The notes beneath the pieces are model-generated. The model made no database searches. It was not told where the DNA came from and saw only the letters and a program-made list of their open reading frames with translations. From the IMG/VR virus record IMGVR_UViG_3300017963_000190, positions 62,001-126,000 of that record: a stretch of 64,000 nt of DNA; one strand, written 5' to 3'. This document shows, piece by piece, positions 58,801 to 64,000 of the stretch. A program made the translations under genes and the position numbers. How positions within the stretch are numbered: the stretch's first letter is position 1; every line of letters starts with the position of its first letter.

Positions 58801-60331
58801 TGTGCGTTCCATAGGTGGTGGTACTGCCACCATTGCTCGTAAAGTTGGCATAAACTCCTTTAAGGGTGCTTCCTGTATCAGACGCGTCTTCCGTTACGTC
58901 CACGCTGTAGCCGATAACAGTGTCGGAAGTGAGACCACCACTTGCGATGCTTAAGTCGAATCCTGTGAGGTTATCTTCCACATCTATGATGGAAGTGAGA
59001 TGCTTCGTTGAAGAGTAGAGGCCATATCCCCAATTTGCATCGATGTCTAGTGCTCTAGCAGTAGGACCAGTTGGGCCATCAAGATCGATACCGTGTTGTG
59101 CAGTACTATTATGATCTACTAGAAGGGCCGCACCTCCTACTGATGCGTCTGTAATAATATGGCAATCTCCGGCTTTATAGACGGAAAACCTTTCATTAGT
59201 AGCATCCCACACGGTTAGCTGGGGTTTAGTGGCGCCTACGCCAGCTTGAGCAAAAACACCAACCCCACCGGAATTGGTGGTACGCGTCATCACGTTTACC
59301 GCGTAACCACTATTATAGGTTGCATTGGTCGCGGACTGTTCTACGAACAGCGCGTTCTGATCATCAGTGGTACCGATATTAGCTATTTTTACCAGGTCTG
59401 AATCGGTGCTGGAACTAGGCAGGTCGCGGTGTATGTAAACGGCCCTTCCTTGGACAGATGTCTGCTCCACCTCGAAAGGCTTGTTGACGGTGTCAATAGT
59501 GAGCACACCGTCGGGATCCACATCGTAGACGTCGTCCCAAGAAGCAACGTTGCTGGTTCCGAAGTCGAGAGGTGTTACTCCATCATTGCTGAATTGCCAT
59601 TTGGTTGACCCGTTGACGTATTTAATGTAGGGAGACGTGGCAGATTGCTGAGCTGTGATCGTTTTGTCGGTGTCCGCTGCCGGTCCTAGCTGTAGCTCTT
59701 GTGTTTGAACCTTTGTTCCTCCGCCAAACACTGCTGTGCTGGCGTAGACATTTGCTGGTCTATTAGCAGATGACCCACCAATGCTCCCTCCTCCATCAGT
59801 GTCCCATAAAAGATCGGCGCTCGAAGAGCCCATGAGGTAAGCATCTCCGCTTTGCTCAAAACGGAAAAGTTCTTGGTACACCTCTGTGGCATTTGTGTAC
59901 CCCATGGAGAGTAGATTCGCGCCTTGGGGAGGGGAATTGGTCTGGATGTCATGAATGAGGCGGAGGGCCACATCCGCGTTCTGTGGGGTGCCACTGTCAC
60001 GTAGCTTGAAGTTTACGCTCCAAGCGCCAGTAGGGATATCCTCGGTGGCTTTGTAAATCGACAGGATGTGGTCGGAGTTTTCGTCATCGTCTATCTTCAG
60101 AAAGTCCTGCCCAGCTAGACCATCTATTTCCAGTGTGGGGGCGGTGGCTCCTGTGACACTGCGTATACGAGCCTCTCCGTAGTTTTTGACCTCAAAAACA
60201 GTATTGGCCCCTGTAGTCCTGTCCAGGGTGAGAATATTTCCTGTGTTTTCGGTGTACAGGTGGTGAATAGTGTCATCTCCACCATAGACACCAAATCCAG
60301 CTTCGTACCATACAGGGGTTTTATTTGCCAT
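55898..60331 (-). CDS. Long tail fibre/adhesin-like protein with internal repeats
   Basis: 1477 aa, Ser/Thr/Gly-rich; two ~100-aa DWDRSIY...RTYTSGQT...ATKN copies. Confidence 0.7.
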   Translation of the reverse strand: MANKTPVWYEAGFGVYGGDDTIHHLYTENTGNILTLDRTTGANTVFEVKNYGEARIRSVTGATAPTLEIDGLAGQDFLKIDDDENSDHILSIYKATEDIPTGAWSVNFKLRDSGTPQNADVALRLIHDIQTNSPPQGANLLSMGYTNATEVYQELFRFEQSGDAYLMGSSSADLLWDTDGGGSIGGSSANRPANVYASTAVFGGGTKVQTQELQLGPAADTDKTITAQQSATSPYIKYVNGSTKWQFSNDGVTPLDFGTSNVASWDDVYDVDPDGVLTIDTVNKPFEVEQTSVQGRAVYIHRDLPSSSTDSDLVKIANIGTTDDQNALFVEQSATNATYNSGYAVNVMTRTTNSGGVGVFAQAGVGATKPQLTVWDATNERFSVYKAGDCHIITDASVGGAALLVDHNSTAQHGIDLDGPTGPTARALDIDANWGYGLYSSTKHLTSIIDVEDNLTGFDLSIASGGLTSDTVIGYSVDVTEDASDTGSTLKGVYANFTSNGGSTTTYGTHITGDWDRSIYTDNPAEIDYARPVAGISLSTFANLHLQTRTYTSGQTAGSIHGVSTDLIGNSSDTNGVAVGTYCKATKNSSSATFYGIYLTSSLDYGLYSEAPTYNPVSLSSDGDYVARFLGNSSGVATGTYQVIKAELDPSASDTGGNFYGVYASCADEDGSATRYGFIANAFWTYGVYSTSKVYVSETQTSGFGGSTDVDIHGVNFSSMGSGLATGNIPHILNVKFTGNASDHDAAYVHGVHLEGSSTSPSVRYGVFADVDWDRSIYANSSAEIDYEHPTGAFALTTKYGCAHLTPRTYTSGQTTGTVEGTHTHLIGNANDTGGSAVGHTIRATKNGSASTYYGLILDSTLDQGFYSTAPKHHISNTWAGTGSTERDLLLITADSSGLNSNDDYVGIRIDVSADGTDASTSGYYGIYTDFTDNATATTAAYGLYIGSGYGYVRVGKATYAIWTDGGENVHTHSQADGFGGVEFDIVRSHGASTGTGLDNNDYFSMYRASCTDDADDSILSRYYGFIFSDNTANGNAIKLAFSTDSSLEDTDYGIRLYSGLVNAAHTFDSGYSGQHATITSTITSIASASDHDVLRVVAHETGVSGDTSELFGVRSVRNNSYAPPAMAYGFHANSNWNIGYYADNCTNNGFRAYRCNIRSDYDNMPTVDPSSGAVDINLTSSGITTATTRYGVNVRYARNGSDSRSAYVNLVDLDSDSESTSGINDQGVVLGDNLYAGIVCTSQYSSFTRTAAQWNSSTEPVLKVTNDSTTESTPQHAVEAFLAETNTDVFALCAENSGNSSTTQGSAYKIGFHSSCQNRRQIPLEWATPDNVGNTAGGDYYYRGYTNVGYWYSIAVGNNYYISFPVIVPHRAVIKRFAVRAYGGGGTATGTNLPLIELRYKTLTTSTYGSLVASKYGTTTSSETIISDEVTHTMDNTSRNYIIRYRNVATGAVALSTIYGAYVEYEITDFAAGCGW

Positions 60332-60391
60332 GGCAGACTTCTTCGTGGGAAGTTAATGGTGAGGAGCTGCTAGTAGCTCGCGATTCCAATT

Positions 60392-60423
60392 GAGGGCAGG
60401 AAGGCCGAAACCCTCCTGCCCTC
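60392..60423 (-). terminator. 14-bp stem-loop with UUCG loop (terminator or processing hairpin)
   Basis: GAGGGCAGGAGGGT-TTCG-GCCTTCCTGCCCTC; fully paired only on the minus strand (two G-U pairs); no U-tract. Confidence 0.65.
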
Positions 60424-60440
60424 TCAGGAACTACTACGAA

Positions 60441-63400
60441 CTACAGAGCCACAGGGGTTCCGATCTGGATCAGGATTTTGCCGTCGCCAGCTCCGGTTCC
60501 GACATCGGTGATAACGCCCACCCGCAGAACAATACCACTAGTTGGCGCTGTTGTAGTAACTTCACCAGCAGTACCGCTAAGGTATACATACTCACCCTGA
60601 GCATCTCCTGAAAGATCAGATGATACTGTTACCTCGCCTGCGGTGTCTACGTACACGTTGCCTGCAGCAGCCTCGGTGCTACGTGCGAATCCGACTATAA
60701 TGGCGGAATCTGTAGCATCCGAATCAGACTTACGCACTCGGTTCGCTACTGTGTCATCGGCGTCGATGTACACAGCATTACCAGCTGTGACGCCTCCAGT
60801 CCCAACGACCCTATACAGAACGATTTCGCTTGCGTCTGCTTTAAGCTCGTTGAGCGCGCCGATAATGTTCGTCGCTGTGAACGTAGACGCGAGGTCTTTG
60901 TCTCCAGCGTCGCCTGTCGTGGTTCCGTTGAACTCGATGACTGCGGAACCGTGCGCTTGGAAGGAGATATCGCTGGCAGCGTTGTCCGTCGCGGTAAGCA
61001 CCACGTCGCTAGCCGCTGGGGCTGTGAGGGTGATGTTGCCAGCAGTGGCGTCGATAGTGACGCCACCTGCATCCGCGCTCACGGTTGTCCCCGTTGAGCT
61101 GTCAAGCAGTGTGGTGCCTGCTGAATCGATAGCCACCGAGGTGGAACCGTCCATCGTTACCACTGTGCCGTCCAGGTCCAAAGCCGCCACAGACTGGAGT
61201 CCGAGGGTGCCTGAGGTCGTTGTGGAGATTGTCAGGTTGCCTGTATCGTTTGTCCACGTGGAGGCGCCGTTTGAGTTGATGTCCACGATACCAGCAGAGG
61301 TAATGTCGATCTCACCGGAGGTAGCGGTGGAGATCTCTAGATCCTGGCTGGTTGCTGTAATAGTGCACGTAGCACCACTACCATCCAGGTTGAATCCTGC
61401 AGCGCCATCCATATCGAGCAGACCAGCAGAGTCCACGAACAAGGTGCCGGAGGTCGCTGTGGACACCGTTAGATTCTGGCTGGTCGCTGTAACGTTGCAG
61501 GCAGCTCCTGTTGCGTCCAGGTTGAATCCGGCATCTCCATCCATATCGAGCAGACCAGCAGAGTCCACGAACAGCGTACCAGAAGTAATGGTAGACAGTG
61601 TGAGGTTTCCGCTCGTGGCACTCACGTTCGACGCCGCTGTACCGTCAATGGAAAACCCATTCGTGTCGATCGCGTCGATCGTAACGCCATCTCCGTCGAT
61701 GTCCACAGCGTCCACAGAATTGACGACTATGTTTCCGGAGGTGGTGGTCTGCAGAGTCAGATTATTGCTGTCATTGATGATGGAACGAGAGGTGCCATCA
61801 AAAGTGATGTTGCTGTTAACCTGTCCGTTAAAGTTAACGTAAAGGTTGCCAGCAAGATCGCCAAGGTACACTTGGCTGCTAGCCGTATCGGTACCCAAGA
61901 AAGCCGCCGTTCCGGCATCGTTGGTCACATACCAATCAGACTCACTTGCACCTGTGTCGTTGGTGCGGAAGACCAGGTCCTTGTTGGTTGCCATCTCAAT
62001 AAGGGCTGGGGCGCCGCTATTGTCGTAGGCTTCTTGCAGGGTTTCGCTTACGTCACCAAATGCTACCGCTTCCCACCCGGTTGCTGTTCCATCGGTATTG
62101 ATGTACGCGTTTCCGTTTGTAGCTAGGCAGAGAGAACCAGCGGGGGCTACCGTACCTGAACCGGCACCAGTGTCTGGATCATTGGAAGATACAAACAGCT
62201 CACAGGTCTGGGCGGTACCCTCCGCGTTGGTGAAGCTAGCGATCTGGCGGTCGTCGGTGGTGTCCAGAGCGGTGATGTGGAGAGCCGCGTTGGCATCCAG
62301 ACCACTGTTCATGTTGATACCGACTTGACCGACACTGGTGTCTACATAGATGCTGTCGACATTGACGAAGAAGTCACCAGCTGGGGCCATCGATACATTG
62401 CCAGAAGTGGCAGTGGTTAACGCGATGTTTCCAGATGCCGCATCAATTGTGACACCACCAGAACCGGCGTCGATGTCCACGGCTCCAGTACCAGAAGCCG
62501 TAAGGTTGGCGTCGCTATTAGCCGCAGCGGTGATCTGCACGTCGCCACTGGTGATCGTGGAGAGAGTGAGAATTCCACTTGTGACGCTCACATTCGAGGC
62601 CGCTGTACCATCGATGGAAAAACCATTCGTGTTGGTAGCGTCGATCGTGACCCCATCTCCGTCGATGTCAACGACATCAACTGAATCGATGACCACGTTC
62701 CCGGATGTGGTGGTGGAGAGTGTGAGGCTCGCGCTGTCAACCGTGAAATTCGATGCCCCCGCTGCGTCCAGCGAAATCTGGTCAGTAGCATCGAGAAGGA
62801 TGTCCACCCCATCAAGCTCTACGTTTCCTGTGTTGGCGCTTTGCGTGGCATCCAGATAAATGCTTCCACCTCCGCCAGTGGTGAAGATGGAGATATTCCC
62901 GGTGTTGTGCTGCATTCCGGCTGAAATGTTCGTCAGCCAGATCGTTTTATCCTCTGCTCCATTGGAGGCATCCATTTGAATGGTGCCTGCATTGGTGGTC
63001 ATCTGAATTGACCCAGAGGTTGTGGCCCCGCCGATCATACTCGCGTTGCCAGTAGAAATGTGGACGTACTCGTTTGCCGTCCCAGTACCGCCATTGAGCT
63101 CGACCGCACCATCATCCGACTTCAGCGTCAAGACGCTAGCTGCCCCCGTCGCGCTGACAGTCATGTCCTCGGCGTTGGTAAGTGTGCGTCCGGCTGTTCC
63201 ATCGAAGGTGATGTTTGTTCCGACGTTGCCCAAAAAGTGGACTTCCTTGCCGCCGGACGATCCAAGGTCGATGGAGTTGTTGGTGTAGTTGGTCGCGATG
63301 TAGTCAGCGTTCCCAGCTTCATTGGAGATGACCCAGTTGGCCGCGTCGTCATCGATCTGGACTTCCCAGTCGTTGGTCAGCAGCTGCACCGGATTTGCAC

Positions 63401-64000
63401 CACCAGAAATCTGCTGGTCGTACGCACCCTGCAAAGATGTCGGAGTTGAGGTACCGGTCTCATTCCACTGTGCGCCACCGTAGAAGTAGAGCTTACCGCT
63501 CGTGGTGGTCAACGCGACATCACCGTTGGCGCCCGACATAGTCGGTGGCTCGTCCGGGGTGACGAATACCTGTGCGTTGATCGAGTCCTCGTCGTTGGCT
63601 AGGGTCAAAATGGCGCCGTCTGCTTCACCATAGGTGAGAGTGGTGCCACCAGTTTTCCCTACCGTCACTCTAGCAGCCGCGTCACCTGAGTACACCTCGA
63701 ACAGGTTGTCGTCTGCGTACGCGGTGAAACCGGATCCACCTGTATTTGAGTAGGTAGAATCCAGTGTGAGGCTGGTATCCGTGGCGATTGCTGATACGGT
63801 GTACACCGTTACAGAAGAAGCGGATTCACGGATCTCGATGGCATCACCGACGTTCAACTCGGTAGTGAATGACGTCCCCGAGCCAGTAACCGTGGCGTTT
63901 CCGTTGGTAGCAGACACCGTCCCGGTCAGCGCGATCCCGAGACCTCCTTGTGCAATGGCGCTCCCCTCTGGGATGAGCTTCAGGTCGCCGGTTGTGGTGG
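60441..64000 (-). CDS. Very long repetitive fibre protein, 5'-truncated by the window edge
   Basis: Frame is open beyond the track start (63917) to 64000; many LTLSTxTSG repeats; IIGALNEL; shared C-terminal domain. Confidence 0.75.
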   Translation of the reverse strand, partial: TTTGDLKLIPEGSAIAQGGLGIALTGTVSATNGNATVTGSGTSFTTELNVGDAIEIRESASSVTVYTVSAIATDTSLTLDSTYSNTGGSGFTAYADDNLFEVYSGDAAARVTVGKTGGTTLTYGEADGAILTLANDEDSINAQVFVTPDEPPTMSGANGDVALTTTSGKLYFYGGAQWNETGTSTPTSLQGAYDQQISGGANPVQLLTNDWEVQIDDDAANWVISNEAGNADYIATNYTNNSIDLGSSGGKEVHFLGNVGTNITFDGTAGRTLTNAEDMTVSATGAASVLTLKSDDGAVELNGGTGTANEYVHISTGNASMIGGATTSGSIQMTTNAGTIQMDASNGAEDKTIWLTNISAGMQHNTGNISIFTTGGGGSIYLDATQSANTGNVELDGVDILLDATDQISLDAAGASNFTVDSASLTLSTTTSGNVVIDSVDVVDIDGDGVTIDATNTNGFSIDGTAASNVSVTSGILTLSTITSGDVQITAAANSDANLTASGTGAVDIDAGSGGVTIDAASGNIALTTATSGNVSMAPAGDFFVNVDSIYVDTSVGQVGINMNSGLDANAALHITALDTTDDRQIASFTNAEGTAQTCELFVSSNDPDTGAGSGTVAPAGSLCLATNGNAYINTDGTATGWEAVAFGDVSETLQEAYDNSGAPALIEMATNKDLVFRTNDTGASESDWYVTNDAGTAAFLGTDTASSQVYLGDLAGNLYVNFNGQVNSNITFDGTSRSIINDSNNLTLQTTTSGNIVVNSVDAVDIDGDGVTIDAIDTNGFSIDGTAASNVSATSGNLTLSTITSGTLFVDSAGLLDMDGDAGFNLDATGAACNVTATSQNLTVSTATSGTLFVDSAGLLDMDGAAGFNLDGSGATCTITATSQDLEISTATSGEIDITSAGIVDINSNGASTWTNDTGNLTISTTTSGTLGLQSVAALDLDGTVVTMDGSTSVAIDSAGTTLLDSSTGTTVSADAGGVTIDATAGNITLTAPAASDVVLTATDNAASDISFQAHGSAVIEFNGTTTGDAGDKDLASTFTATNIIGALNELKADASEIVLYRVVGTGGVTAGNAVYIDADDTVANRVRKSDSDATDSAIIVGFARSTEAAAGNVYVDTAGEVTVSSDLSGDAQGEYVYLSGTAGEVTTTAPTSGIVLRVGVITDVGTGAGDGKILIQIGTPVAL
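61405..61573. repeat. Exact 37-bp direct repeat, 132-bp (44-aa) period, inside the fibre gene
   Basis: CCATCCATATCGAGCAGACCAGCAGAGTCCACGAACA at 61405-61441 and 61537-61573. Confidence 0.9.

Noticed and set aside
60643-61842. 399-aa plus-strand ORF and the many other plus-strand ORFs
   Set aside because: Antisense shadows of codon-biased minus-strand genes; no recognisable motifs. The minus strand already tiles the window.
61405-62715. Diversity-generating retroelement TR/VR pair
   Set aside because: Both copies are in-frame within one gene, mismatches are not adenine-specific, and there is no reverse transcriptase in the window.
1-64000. Stop-codon reassignment
   Set aside because: TAA, TAG and TGA all end genes cleanly and conserved enzymes are full length under code 11.

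Overview
This window is a 64-kb, almost gap-free, entirely minus-strand segment of a large (probably jumbo) contractile-tailed dsDNA phage using the standard genetic code. In transcription order (64000->1) it carries: (i) about 25 kb of fibre, decoration and other virion genes built from reused modules, with a patatin embedded; (ii) a membrane/lysis cluster (LL-H-like holin, spanin-like pair) suggesting a diderm host; (iii) three more structural genes; (iv) a replication/nucleotide block (SpeD-like decarboxylase, UDG-fused family A DNA polymerase, two-subunit type IIA topoisomerase with its own sigma70 promoter, Dam, dCTP deaminase); (v) a tandem array of five tiny probable paralogues joined by a repeated junction sequence and ending in a peptidoglycan-binding muramidase-like gene that carries the same module; (vi) the tail module (completion protein, 1159-aa sheath, tube, chaperone with a predicted -1 frameshift, tape measure); and (vii) an HNH-RHH gene bracketed by a 17-bp direct repeat, a polysaccharide deacetylase, and a solo BREX BrxL-like AAA+ ATPase behind a near-consensus sigma70 promoter. 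No capsid, terminase, tRNA, CRISPR or integrase gene was recognised. All family assignments come from reading motifs by eye, not from database searches.
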